This document shows positions 42,431 through 55,347 of a DNA stretch of 64,000 bases, one piece after another. The notes below the pieces were generated by a model that was given only the letters and a program-made list of their open reading frames with translations, did no database searches and was not told where the DNA came from. The translations under genes and the position numbers were made by a program. The stretch's first letter is position 1. Every line of letters begins with the position of its first letter. The DNA comes from Octopus vulgaris (lineage: Eukaryota), in NCBI GenBank assembly GCA_951406725.2, contig OX597817.1:50220001-50284000 (forward strand), read 5' to 3'.

Positions 42431-42929
42431 CCCCACACACCCTCATACACACAAATATGAGAAAATCAATATTTCGTTGGATAAATTCGGTTCGTATTTG
42501 ATAAACATCTAAAGGAAGCAGGTTTTGACTCGATGACTGCTGATAAAAATGCAGAATGTACCAACCAAATAAACAAACCGCTGAGTCTATTTCACCGACA
42601 AGGAAGAAAATATTTTGCCTCTCTCCCTGCGATGCAGAATTTGTCGGGGACTATAACAAATTCAGTTGGAGAAATTTTAAGGATTGCAACATACCCGTTG
42701 ACACATTACGCGCCCCACGATGCCCTACTACGAGTGACGAAATAGAAACCAAAAGTAATCTAAATCGTCCTGCCCCCCACCCCCACCCCGCTGCTCACAG
42801 CAAAATATTATCTTTCCCATCAATAATAACTAATAATGGTGGAAGCATGCAACACGTACTTCCTATCAAGCGATCTGTTGGTACGATTAACATTGTGTGC
42901 TTTTAGTTCTGTGTAACATAAAAAACACA

Positions 42930-43100
42930 CAGGAGCGGCTGTGTGGTAAGTAGCTTGCTTACGAACCACATGGTTCCGGGTTCAGTCCCACTCCGTGGCA
43001 CCTTGGGCAAGTGTCTTCTACTATAGCCTCAGGCCGACCAAATCCTTGTGAGTGGATTTGGTAGACGGAAACTGAAAGAAGTCCGTCGTATATATGTATG

Positions 43101-43143
<43 letters not shown>

Positions 43144-43370
43144 ATGTATATAATGTGTGTGTGTATATGTTTGTGTTTGCCCCCAACATCGTTTGACAAC
43201 CGATGCTGGTGTGTTTACGTCCCCGTAACTTAGCGGTTCGGCAAAAGAGACCGATATAATAAGTACTAGGCTTACAAAGAATAAGTCCTGAGGTCGATTT
43301 GCTTGACTAAAGGCGGTGCTCCAGCATGGCCACAGTCAAATGACTGAAACAAGTAAAAGAGTAAAGAGAG
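42930..43370 (+). mobile_element. SINE family B, full length
   Basis: aggagcggctgtgtggtaag..gggttcagtccc (A and B boxes)...gaaacaagtaaaagagtaaagag. Confidence 0.92.
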
Positions 43371-43644
43371 TATTACGTAAAGATTATGAAGTTATCTTTG
43401 TTCATCAAGTAACTTTATGCTGAAACTCAAGCAGTTACAACTTGGAAGAAATACTTTCGCCATTAAAAGGGACACACGTTTTATTTATTTCTCCGAGTGT
43501 GAACATGTTTGTCGCACATTTTTTACAGAAAACAAAAGAGTATACGTTTGTATAGCAAACAGGGCATTCTCCACATTGAAACTAAGCTCCAAGAATAAAA
43601 AGGCGTAAACATTGAAATGATAGCACTGATATATCCAGCGTATA

Positions 43645-43880
43645 TATGTTTCTTTATTGCCCACAAGGGGCTAAACATAGAGGGGACAAACAAGGACAGA
43701 CAAAGGTATTAAGACGATTACATCGATCCCAGTGCATAACTGGCACTTAATTTATCGACCCTGAAAGGATGAAAGGCAGAGTCGACCTCGGCAGAATTTG
43801 AACTCAGAACATAACGGCAGACGAAATACGGCTACGCATTTCGCCCGGCGTGCTAACGATTCTGCCAGCTCGCCGCCTTA
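43645..43880 (-). mobile_element. SINE family A
   Basis: Reverse complement of the family A sequence. Confidence 0.9.
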
Positions 43881-45353
43881 TTTTGCTAGGCCAACCATAT
43901 CCAGCGTATATAACAGAGCCAGAGGGAACTAGTTACATTTGAACCTTTGGGAGCCTTTTCTCTTTGGACGCTGCTGGAACGAATTTCTTTCTCTCTTTCT
44001 TTGACATTCATTTTGTTTGTAACACAGCAAGTCCATAAGGAATGTTCTTTCAATACAAACGTAGTAAATGGCATATCGACACTATGTGTACATTAACTAT
44101 GATACATAAATGATATAGGCAAAGTGGAAACATGAAAGAGCTGGGAAGTCACTAACAATGACTGATCGATGACAGTGATTCAAAGTCAAGCAATGTAAAT
44201 GAAGCAGATACATATATACGTAAGTTCAAATAGAAAAAGAGGGAAACCTTGATGTAAATAAGAATCTGTCATTAACTAAATTTCAAACAGTTGCGTTAGG
44301 ACTGTAACAGTATCGGGTTTTGTCATATGACGAAAATTATGATACTTCAAAAAATAATCGTAAAGAAGAGAATTTAACTGTTTTTGTGTTTTTGCATGGT
44401 TAAAATGGGCCTTCTATTGTCAAAGATGTATTCAACATAGCAAGAATGCGAATAAAGCATTCGATTTTGCCATGATATCTGAAAACGAATATTATTTAAG
44501 TGGTTAACAATACGTACATTTTCCCATACCAAATGCTTTTCTCGAACAAATAGTCTTTCTTAGACAATTACTCGTTATGGAGTTGTATTAGCTATATTAG
44601 ACAAAATCATCTCCAAATGGACCATTCAGCAGCTATTCTGCTTCCTACACACATTCCCCGACCTTCTTTTCTCTGTTAGTCTCACAAGCGGTTATTCAGT
44701 TTTTACTTGCCTTCAGCTGACCTTTGCTAAACTTTGCTTTACAGCGTATGATGAAACGCAAGAATTTCCCGGATGAAAGATGTTTTAATATTATTATTTT
44801 TCGTAGTACTTTGAACTATAAATGACAAGAAGCATTTTATCGAGTTTCCTGAATATGTGCAAATATGTGCAAGTTTTCTACTAGTAATCCTTTAAACCAG
44901 TTAGGGGATGGCACGTAAAAAGTAATTAGAAAGTATTGTTCATCTCACAAGTGGTTATTCAGTTTTTACTTGCCTTCAGCTGACCTCAAACCCTTGCTTC
45001 ACAGCATATGATGAAACGCAAGAATATATATCAGTTTACGCAGACCACATTTTCCACTATGTGTATACAACTATACGATATTAATAAATGAGCGAAAGCA
45101 AATTGCAAACCATATTATCATACAACCCACAGTAAATTAATGGAGCAACAGAAATAGTCCTACGACCCTTGCAGTCCAACTGACGGATATTACCGCCGAA
45201 AAAGAAATAGCTCTTTATTTCGCTAGAAACATGGTCATCTGTTGATTTACTGCTTGTGCTAGATGACCAATATCTTGTTACCAGTAAACTTGATTAGGTA
45301 ACACCCCAAACTTCAACATCAATGAAGGACCAATATGCGGAAGAATTCTAAAT

Positions 45354-45763
45354 TGGCTGTGTGGTAAGTACCTTGCTTACCAACCACATGGTTCCGGGTC
45401 AGTTCCGCTGCGTGGAACCTTGAGCAAGTGTTTTCTACTATAGCTTCGGACCGACCAAAGCCTTGCGAGTGAATTTGGTAGATGGAAACTGAAAGAAGCC
45501 CGTCGTATATATACATATATATGTTTATATAGGTATGTATATGTGTGTATATGTTTGTGTGTCTGTGCTTGTCCCCCCAACATCGCTTGACAACTGATGC
45601 TGGTGCGTTTACGGCACCGTAACTTAGCAGTTCGGCAAAAGAAACCGATTGAATAAGTACTAGGCTTAGAAAGAATATGTCCTGGAGTCGATTTGATGTA
45701 CTAAAGAGCGGTGCTCCAGCATGGCCGCAGTTAAATGGCTGAAACAAGTAAAAGAATAAAAGT
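45354..45763 (+). mobile_element. SINE family B
   Basis: tggctgtgtggtaag head to gaaacaagtaaaagaataaaag tail. Confidence 0.88.
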
Positions 45764-45782
45764 ATATGTGTAAGGAAGTAAA

Positions 45783-45992
45783 TGAGGTGAGCTAGCAGAA
45801 TCGTGAGCAAACCGGTTGAAATGCTAAGCGGTATTTCGTCCGTCTATACGTTCTGAGTTCAAATTCCGCCGAGGTCGACTTTGCCTTTCATCCTTTCGGG
45901 GTCGATGAAATAAGCACTAGTTGAGTACGGGGGTTGATGTAATTGACTATCTCTCTCCCCAAACTGTCAGGCCTTGTGCCTAAAGTAGAACA
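45783..45992 (+). mobile_element. SINE family A
   Basis: ggtgagctagcagaatcgtgagc..gagttcaaattccgccgaggtcgac. Confidence 0.85.
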
Positions 45993-47149
45993 AAAAAAAA
46001 TATTTGTAAGGAAGTTAAGAAATTATATTTTTTTAATTATGACAATAATTTTATCGCGATTTCCACGTATCTTTAGAGAACTGATTGTTTCTCTACCAAG
46101 AGAATCTTGCAATGACAACTTTCTCTACTAGCTGGATTTTTGCAGTGAAGAATGAAAAACATGATCCCATTCAACAGTTAAACGAAGAAAGACAGTAGTG
46201 TGACGTTGTTAAATGCCTGTCAAAATGACCTAAAGGCCGTTTCACAGAGAATATTTTGTGCAGATTTGATTATTCTATCATCCTATGTTTAATAAGACTT
46301 TTTCCCCGGATGAAAGATGTTTTTATATTATTATTTTTCGTAGTACTTTGAACTATAAATGACAAGAAGCATTTTATCGAGTTTCCTGAATATGTGCAAA
46401 TATGTACAAGTTTTCTACTAGTAATCCTTTAAACTAGTTAGGGGAGGGCACGTAAAAAGTATCTCGAAACTATTGTTCATTTTGATAAATTATCGACGCA
46501 TATAAGTTACTTAAAATTCTTTCGAGTCTCTGTACACTTATCTAGTAAGCTCTGCTACAGGGTGTTTTGCACTAAATCATGTATTGTAAGTGACATCTTT
46601 GTTATGCTGATGCTAATGTAAATATATCTACATATGCAACCTAGATTTTTCTTCTCACTACCCATCCCAATTGCCTCAAGTAATTCGCAGCTCACGCTGT
46701 TTTAGACCAGTCATCTCTTTGAAGAAAAGCACTACAAAGTATAAAAAGGAGACAGAAAGCGGGTTGAGAGAGAAAGAGAGAGGGAGAGAGAGAGAGTGGG
46801 GGGTAAGTGTGTGTGAGAGAGAGACAGGTTTTCTGTTGTATTCCCGCTTAGCAAGTAGAAGAATTGCCAATTTTTTGACTATGTTGAACAAGAAAGTATT
46901 CACATGGTCCCATGATCGCCTGAAATTAACAGCCAGATGACAGTCCCACTCCTATAAAAAAATATTCTATTGCTTAGCCCTTAAACTGGCCAGATCCGAG
47001 CTTTCAGGCGTAGCTTACAATGTCATCCACAACATCGAAATTTCGAAGCCACCAGATAAGCCACGATTGACTGAAAATAATGGTTTCAAATTTTGGCACG
47101 AAGCCAGCAATTTAGGGGGAGGGGGAGTTCGATTACAACAACCCTAGTA

Positions 47150-47518
47150 TTCTTTTATTCTTTTACATTTTTCAGTCATTTGACTGCGGCCATGCAAATC
47201 AACCCCACGACTTATTCTTTGTAAGCCTAGTACTTATTCTATTGGTATTATTTTGACAAACCGCTAAGTTACGGGGACGTAAACACACCACCATCGGTCG
47301 TCAAGCGATGTTGGGGGGACAAACACAGACACACAAGCGTATATATATATATATATATACGAGGGGCTTCCTTCGGTTTCCGTCTGCCAAATGCACTCAC
47401 AAGGCTTTGGTCGGCCCAAGGCAAGAGTAGAAGACACTTGCCCAAGTTGCCATGCAATGGAACTGAACCCGGAACCTTGTGGTTGGTAAGCAAGCTTCTT
47501 ACCACACAGCCACTCCTT
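47150..47518 (-). mobile_element. SINE family B nested in a family A copy (remnants at ~47080-47150 and 47545-47660)
   Basis: Full family B structure, with family A fragments in minus orientation on both sides. Confidence 0.82.
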
Positions 47519-47997
47519 TTGACTAGTCTTCATTTTATACACGCATGAAATGATGAAAGGTAAACTCGAACTGGGGAAATTTGAACGTAGAACGTAAAGA
47601 CAGACAAAATGCCGCTAAACGTCGTACCCGGCGTGCTAACGATTCTTGCCAGCTCATCACTTCCGATCAATTGAAAGTAACGCGAATACATAAGCATTAT
47701 ATTTAACAAAATAATCTGAATATCAAAGGCCTAAATAACAGACATGTGGACAATGTATTCCCTAATACAAAGACGAGGGCGTGGGCACGACTGGAACGCT
47801 TCTCGTCATAGCTTTGTTCATGGATGCTAAAGAAGCTAAACAGCAACAACAACAATAGTTTTAATTCGAACTAATGAGTGTAGGCCTCAGTGCTATTGCT
47901 CGATTTGCAAGTAAGAGCCGCCGAATACCCATCACATGCTACCGAGTTAAATGAGGAAAGCAGTCATTAGAAAATTAGCAAATTAGCACCCACACAG

Positions 47998-48033
<36 letters not shown>

Positions 48034-48151
48034 TCAAGTCGGTGCTCCAGCATGGCAACAGTCAAATGACTGAAACAAGTAAAAGTATAAACGAAAAGAA
48101 TGCATACATGCATATTCATACATACATACATACATATATACATACATACAT

Positions 48152-48423
48152 GTTAGTTAGTTAGTTAGTTAATTTTTTGGCTCAAAAAGCAAAAAGCAAG
48201 GCCATGTAGGGGGACATGGAGTTATGTACAGGGTGGTGTTCATGTAAAGAGTTCAGGCCATTTATGGTCAAGGGAGACTTGGAACCGAGCGGTCGTCGGC
48301 ATCTTCACCATCTCGTCCGGCAGCTTATTCCACGGATCCGCAACCCTGACGGAGAAAGCCCCTCTCCTTCGATTGAGATGAAATCGTCGCAGATAGAGCT
48401 TTTCGGAATGACCCCGCAGCCGA
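48152..48423 (-). mobile_element. CR1-like LINE 3' end with a (TAAC)n tail
   Basis: [31 protein letters not shown] is a typical CR1 ORF2 C-terminus; the tail reads aactaactaact on the minus strand. Confidence 0.85.
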
Positions 48424-48516
48424 CATACATACATACACACACATACATACATACATACATACATACATACATACATACATACATACATACATACATACAT
48501 ACATACATACATACAT

Positions 48517-48765
48517 ACTGGGGCCCAGGATATGTAACACACTGCCTAAATACCAATCTTGAGAAACTGGGCTCTTCAAAACCATGAAGGAGAAAGCTAA
48601 TTCGGTGTCTGCAGATCTAATCCTTCGCTGGAACTGTGAAAATCTGTAAAACTTTCCAGAAGTTTATCGTTTAAATATGTATATGAGCATGTCTAGATAT
48701 GCAACTATATGCATGAGAATACATACATAAAACATACAAATCTGCAGATACATACTTTCATACAT
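48517..48765 (+). mobile_element. Short 3'-end copy of the (TACA)n-associated RLE-LINE
   Basis: Matches the reverse complement of 24100-24340; (CATA)n upstream, tcatacatac downstream. Confidence 0.85.
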
Positions 48766-50505
48766 ACAAGTTCGAACTCAGGTCGCTGAGCAAAAGTCGT
48801 CGCTACCGCAGGCAAAATTTTGAACGAGCCTGTATTAATCACAAGTTTGCTTCTAACTTACAAACATTATACAGCGAGCTGATGAAGGGGAATATCGTTT
48901 AGAAAGCCCCCTCTCAAGAGGTCCTTGATTTATTATGGTTGAAAATCTAGAACGAATAGAGGAATTTCAAACTTAATGTTCCAACATCAACGGTAAAACA
49001 TGCAATTTACCAGAAACTGTCATCATAACTGTAGATAAACTGTATAATGGGGAGGTAGCTGGAAGAGACCAACTAGTTAGATACTGGTACAATAGATCGA
49101 TATTTTACAGGAAACCACTAATATGTAAATTCAAAAGCACAACTGAAGGTCAGACTGACATACAAAACTGGCTTGCTATAGCATGGATAAATCTTGTAAG
49201 TCAAGAACGAAACCATCGAGTTGGCAGAAAACTATCGGCCCATTGCTTGCCTAAACATTATCTACACACTGCCTCAACCAATCCCTTCATGATCATTCTG
49301 AGTCCAACGACATAGTGTCTGTTCAACAGGCAGGTAGGAGGAAAGGAGTGAGATGTGCTGAACAGCTTTTAATAAACAAAGCCGTACTGTCACGAGTGAA
49401 TAAAACACCGAGTGAGCCTTTCAACAGTATGGCTTGATTGTAGAAAGGCATTTGACTCTATTACCCATTGATGGATGCTGAAATGTCTATCTCTAGCAAA
49501 AGTACCTGCTACCTTAATTGCTGCTATTGAAAGGTTCACAAAGAGCCGGGCAGCAATTCTGATACTTAGAGCTGAGAGCGGAACGAGCACCTCCGATGTT
49601 ATAATGTTTCAAGGGCAGTCTTTCTGTAATTCTATTCGTTTTGGCATTAAATCTATTATCATTCTTGCTTCAGAAATCAAATGGCTACATGCTAAGGTCT
49701 GCAACTGATAGAAATATTAATGTAATCCATACTATTTTGTTAATGACTTCAAATGTTAATAATGTCAAAACAAAAAACCAGCTGGAATTAATAACATTTT
49801 CAACTGATATAAGAATGGAATTTGGTGAAAAGAAATGTTCGTATTTGATTGTTGAACATAAAAAATCAGTCCACAGACCCCACACTTACACATCATCGGT
49901 CTCATTTTCTCTCTTATCCTACACAAAATATGTTAGAAGTACCTGGGTATCATTGAAAACATATCATTCGAATATTATGTCAGGCATAAAAAACATGGCA
50001 GTTGTAATTCTCCCCTTACAACAAGACAATATCCCGCATTTGCAGTACAAATGCTGATTCCAATATTTGGAACACTTGGGGATCTATAGAGGAAATCCAC
50101 TCCTTAGACATTAAAACCTGCAAGAAAAGGATATCAACTGGAAACCTCCACAGAAATAGTGATATCGACAGGCTCTGCCTAAGAAGTGGTGAATGTCATA
50201 TAATCACTCTCGGACAGTACCTGCTAGACAACAGCAGCGAGAATTAATACTTCGTAATTAAAGTGAAGAGAACAATGTCCTACTTCTCAGCAGCGAGCTC
50301 AAGAAGAACTCTCTTCTTAGAAATCCCCCATACAACCCCCAAACAACCGGACTAAAAGAAGACCTGGATGTCAAATACTCGGAGACTTGAAGAACATAGT
50401 AACATTGACATGGTGAAGGCTCTCTTAGATCTGTGGCTGCTAAATCACACGACGAAGTCTATGCATTTGCAATCCAAGAAAAGTAGATTGCCACGAAATG
50501 CCTAA

Positions 50506-50897
50506 TCTCTCTCTATATAAAGCTGAAGTTGTCTGTGTATGGCAGGTTTAGTAGCCTTCAACTAACACTATCTCCTCCGAGACCCTGCGGCGCAAGTTGA
50601 CCAAAGTTGAGAGTATGATAGATGAAGGCTTGCTCTTCCTTCCGTAGAAGAAAATATTCAAATCGAACCATGTTAACACCAAAAATTATTTACATCAAAA
50701 AGGTGCTTTTTTTCTATGAAAATCCATATTTTTTGCGATTTTTTGACTGTTGTATCGCCATTTTTCGGTGTATTTCAACCAGAAAAATGTTCACTTAAAG
50801 AGAATAACAAGCTGCATAATGCAAAAGTTTTACTTTTCAAGAATTTCAATTCTAAAGGGTCGAAACAAACCCGAACAACGCCGGGCGATACTGCTAG
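50506..50897 (+). mobile_element. Non-autonomous Helitron
   Basis: 5'-TC, 3' hairpin cccgaacaacgccggg plus CTAG, inserted between A and T. Confidence 0.88.
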
Positions 50898-51244
50898 TAA
50901 TCAATAAAGTGAAGCTCTTGGAGCTCCAAGATGTAACCGAAAAAGTAGACTGTCATATTTCTGTAGAAGACATCACATATGTGATTAGCAGCTGCCCCAA
51001 AATGTCATCAAGTTAATACCTCTCTAAGCAATATGATATTTCCGCCAAAAAAAAAATTTTAAATGTCATTCGGAAAAATGTCTTGGTATTGAATAGACAC
51101 ACAAACATCAGCACAAAGAATACTGGTGGAACATTGCCATCAAGCATCTATCAAATGTAAACATGACAGACTGGAGATCGTTGTTTCGGACTGACAACGA
51201 AAATTATTTACTGTCATAGATGTCAGTGGTTATGCTGACGTTAA

Positions 51245-51640
51245 TCTCTCTCTATATATAAAGCTGTAGTTGTCTGTGTATGGCAGGTTTGATAGCCTTC
51301 AACTAACACTATCTCCTCCGAGACCCTGCAGCGCACGTTGACCAAAATTGAAAGTACGATAGAAAAAGGCTTGCTCTTCCTTCCGTAGAAGAAAAAATTC
51401 AAATCGGACCATGTTAACACCAAAAATTATTTACATCAAAAAGGTACTTTTTTTTCTATGAAAATCCCTATTTTTTACGATTTTTTTACTGCTGTGTTGC
51501 CATTTTTCGGTGTGTTTCAACCAGAAAAATGTTCACTTAAAGAGAATAACAAGCTACATATTGGAAAAGTTTTTACTTTTCAAAACTTTCAATTCTGAAG
51601 GGTCGAAACAAACCCGAGCAACGCCGGGCGATACTGCTAG
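51245..51640 (+). mobile_element. Non-autonomous Helitron, same family
   Basis: 5'-TC, hairpin cccgagcaacgccggg, CTAG-3', inserted between A and T. Confidence 0.88.
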
Positions 51641-53559
51641 TATGTTTTTAAAAATCAAAGAGAAAGAGGCGAAGGATGAACAATTTCTTCGAAACCTCCA
51701 ATTCCTATATCTAAATTATAAATTAACGTTTGTAACAATATTTGGTGCACTTAGTTTTATGATTAAATGCCTAAGTGACAATCTGGATAAATAGAGCTTT
51801 CAGGAAAATATATTAGTTAACTCGCACATAGCAAATACAATCTGTAGGCGGAACAGTAAAAATATGCAAGGTTTTCCTCAAGTTTAAAATGTGTCATTGT
51901 TTTTGTTACCGACGTTACAAGGATGGAGCTTTGTGTCTTTGTTTTAAAGACCAACTCCTTCCTCAGAGGAAGAACTGTATTGATTAAGAACCGAGTATAA
52001 CTTTCATACATACATGCAAAAGCAGCAAGGTTTTGTGCTGGTGTTAGTAATGATAAGTGACAAGTTTCGTTATAGAAATCAAATTCTCGCAACGCTAAAT
52101 TTCATCTTTGAATGGTCAATTACTCACCACTACCAAACAAGCGACCGATCTAAGCGCCTAAGAACAAAAAATCTATACACTACTTTCTTGTAGTTTTGAA
52201 AAATATTCATGTATACACTTTTGTCAAATTCATTTAGTTTTGAAAACTGCTTGTCAATATCGTTTGTAAAGAGTTAATTATATTGAATTAGAAATGTGTC
52301 CACAATTTATTTAATTGTATTTGGTTGTCAAATAAATTCATTTGTCTGTTTTTGTTTTTGCTTTTCATTTATTTTGATCCTTTCTAATGCTATTTAAATT
52401 AACACGGAAAGTATTTTTACTGTAACAGTTTATGGTTTGCTGTAGCTCTATCCTTGCTTTACCTTTGTTTATTGATTATGAAATGAAAATAGATTTTACC
52501 TCTTGTCAGGTCAATGACGATCGAATGAATACCATGTAGAAAAAAAAAAAAAAACGAGGGAAATTATCTGACAATCCAATATTCATAATTTTCCTCAAAG
52601 AAAGCTCATATTTGAATTTTCTTGTTTCTGTAAAGCTCGGTTATCTGAAAACATACGTTTTGTGGAGATTAAGAGCTGTTTTGAAACTTACAAAGAATCT
52701 AAAATTATATCGTAGCCGAGCGGATTTTTTTCTTTATCTACTTGTAGAACAGAACAATTCGAAACGTCTGTTCAGTAAGCAGAGCCCTTACATCAGCGAG
52801 AGGGTCCGATGCACTGTAAAATGACGAGATGAAGGCCCCAACACGGAGCGGTTTCTCTTCTGATGGTCTCTTAAACCTACAGTTATCCAGTATGATGTGT
52901 TTTTGATTTACAACACTTCCACAAGGAAGCTGTTTGCAATTTTCTACAGAATTATTCCCCAGAGAAAGTCCGTGGTCGTTTTCTTTTTTATAATTTTTAA
53001 AGCTCAGTTTTAGAAAAATAATTCAAGTTTCATTAAGATAATGTGCTTTCTTGAATAGTTGCAAATTCTTGTGGGTCAATTTCACTTACAGTTATATTTT
53101 GGATAGTTCTTCCCCACTTACTAGTAGAACAAGAATATCACAAACGCCTAAGAAAATCAAGAAAAATTCAGTAAAAATTGCTTACGATTGACTGACAAAT
53201 TTAGGGCTAACAGCACAAAAGTGCCAGACTGTTTTATTTTAAGGAGTAAAGTGGCGTGTCAACTCGTGTTTTTCAGTGAACATACTGTATAACTGCATGA
53301 TATCACAGAAACACATCTTCGCTAAATATACTGCATAAGCAGGGTGAAGAGTTATAATAACAGTGATGTATTTCAAATGCAGTTTCTACAAAATTAGTCA
53401 AGATACTATTTAAGACCAAGGAATATGTGTGTATATATGTGTGGGTGTATACAAATGCAATTATATATATATATGTGTGTGTATGTGTGTGTGTGTGTGT
53501 GGATATATATGTATATGCATAGAAATACATATTTATATGCTTATATATATATGTGATGT

Positions 53560-53875
53560 GGATGCGCAATGGCCCAGTGGTTAGGGAAGCTAACTCGTGG
53601 TCGAAGGATCACGGTTTCGATTCCCAGACCAGGCGTTGTGTTTGTTCGTTAGGCGAAAACACCTAAAGTTCCACGAGTCTCCGGCAGTGGGTGGTGGCGA
53701 CCCCTGTTGTACGATTTCGTCCCAACTTTCTCTGACTTTTACTTCCTGTTTCTTGGGTAACGCTACGATGGACTGATGTCCCGTCCAGCTGGGGGGGGGG
53801 ACACATACGCCACAGAAACCGGGAAATCTGGCCCATGAGCCTGGCTAGGCTTGAAAAGGGCGCATAATAAATAAA
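53560..53875 (+). mobile_element. SINE family C
   Basis: tggcccagtggttagg..ggtttcgattccc head; cgatggactgatgtcccgtccag core. Confidence 0.87.
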
Positions 53876-55049
53876 ATATATGTGATGTGCGTTTGTGTGT
53901 GCGCGTGTGTGTGTGTTAGATTGTGGGTATACGCGTTAATTTTTGTATCTATATACGTGTGAGTGTGTGTGTGTTTTTATGAACACAAACAATAAACTGT
54001 ACGTAAACATTAAATTATGATTTATTATTTTATATAATTTTAAACATTACTGGTGTAATTAACACCAATTTAAGAGCGAAACGACTCCCTATTTTTGTAA
54101 GCAGTTGTATCCGTAAAAATTTTATTTGCAGAGAGCAGAAATTGAAAAAAGATATATGAAATGGACGTGTGTGTGTGCATGCTTGCGTGTGTGTGTGCAT
54201 GCTTGCGTGTGTGTGTACATGCTTGCGTGTGTGTGTGCATGCTTGTGCGTGTGTGAGAGTTGCGTGCGTGCTTGCGTGTGTGTATGTGAGAGAGAAAGAG
54301 GGTGAGAAAGAAAGATTAAGATTATTAACTCCAAAAAGAGGTAAAAGAAAAGAGACAGCTTAGCGAAAGTTTTGGCTGACTGCCATCCTGTACTCCCCTT
54401 GTTGCTAGCGAAATAGTATATGCTGGCTGTGTAAGCAACTGGTTGTTTTAATGGCGGAACAAACAGGGGAATTCCATTAGAAAAAGTTTTAATCGATTTT
54501 CTCGGTAATTATGGGGGCTAGGAAAAAAATACAAACCGCATTCCAATCTATGCACCCGTCACCACATGTGTGCCATTTTTCACGCGAATCCACTCAGCCG
54601 TTTGGCTGTGAACCTCAGGACAAGAAGGAATACAACGATCGCCCATGTTCAATTTATATAGTTTATTACATATTTACTGCTACGTATGTCCCACTTTTTT
54701 TTATTAATTTCTGTACTTCTACATTTTCAGAAGTATTATTGTATGAAAACCTCTTTTATGAATAATATTTGTTTACGGAGGGTAAAATTCAATAAAGATT
54801 GCTTACGATTGACTAACAAATTTAGGGATAGCCGTGTCAAAATTACTACACTTTTCGAACTCCAAATTGGAAACATCTGTTAGAATGTTAAAATGGTATA
54901 GGGATTGGTGGTTGTTAGTCAGTTCTAGGCATTTCCGCAGTAAGAATTTTATTGGAGTTTCTTCCTTTATGCCTTCTTTCAAGTGCATTCATGGTACATG
55001 AATAAACTGATGCTATACGGCTCTTACCAAACTCACGCATACACATAAC

Positions 55050-55347
55050 TATTTCTTATTTCTTTACTGCCCACAAGGGGAATTTGAATTCAGAACGTAG
55101 CGGCAGAAGAAATACCTATTTCTTTACTACCCACAAGGGGCTAAACACAGAGAGGACAAACGAGGACAGACAAACGAATTAAGTCGATTATATCGACCCC
55201 AGTGCGTAACTGGTACTTATTTAATCGATCCCGAAAGGATGAAAGGCAAAGTCAACCTCGGCGGAATTTGAACTCACAACGTACAGACAGACGAAATACC
55301 GCTAAGCATTTCGCCCGGCGTGCTAACATTTCTGCCAGCTCACCGCC
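55050..55347 (-). mobile_element. SINE family A with a partial tandem duplication
   Basis: Reverse complement of family A; the block tatttctttact..cccacaagggg is repeated. Confidence 0.88.

Larger units (their letters stand above)
48770..52015 (+). mobile_element. Heavily decayed RLE-LINE (RT plus RLE), interrupted by two Helitrons
   Basis: ENYRPIACLNI, WLDCRKAFDSITH, FSTDIRMEFGEKKC, HRNSDIDRL, EDITYVISSCPKMS, IDVS, FVTIFGALS; ends in actttcatacatac. Confidence 0.8.

Noticed and set aside
48879-48910. CTGATGA..GAAA inside the RLE-LINE (similar hits at 1185, 6587, 9111, 9308, 37992 and 58353)
   Set aside because: No compatible stems I-III; chance core matches.
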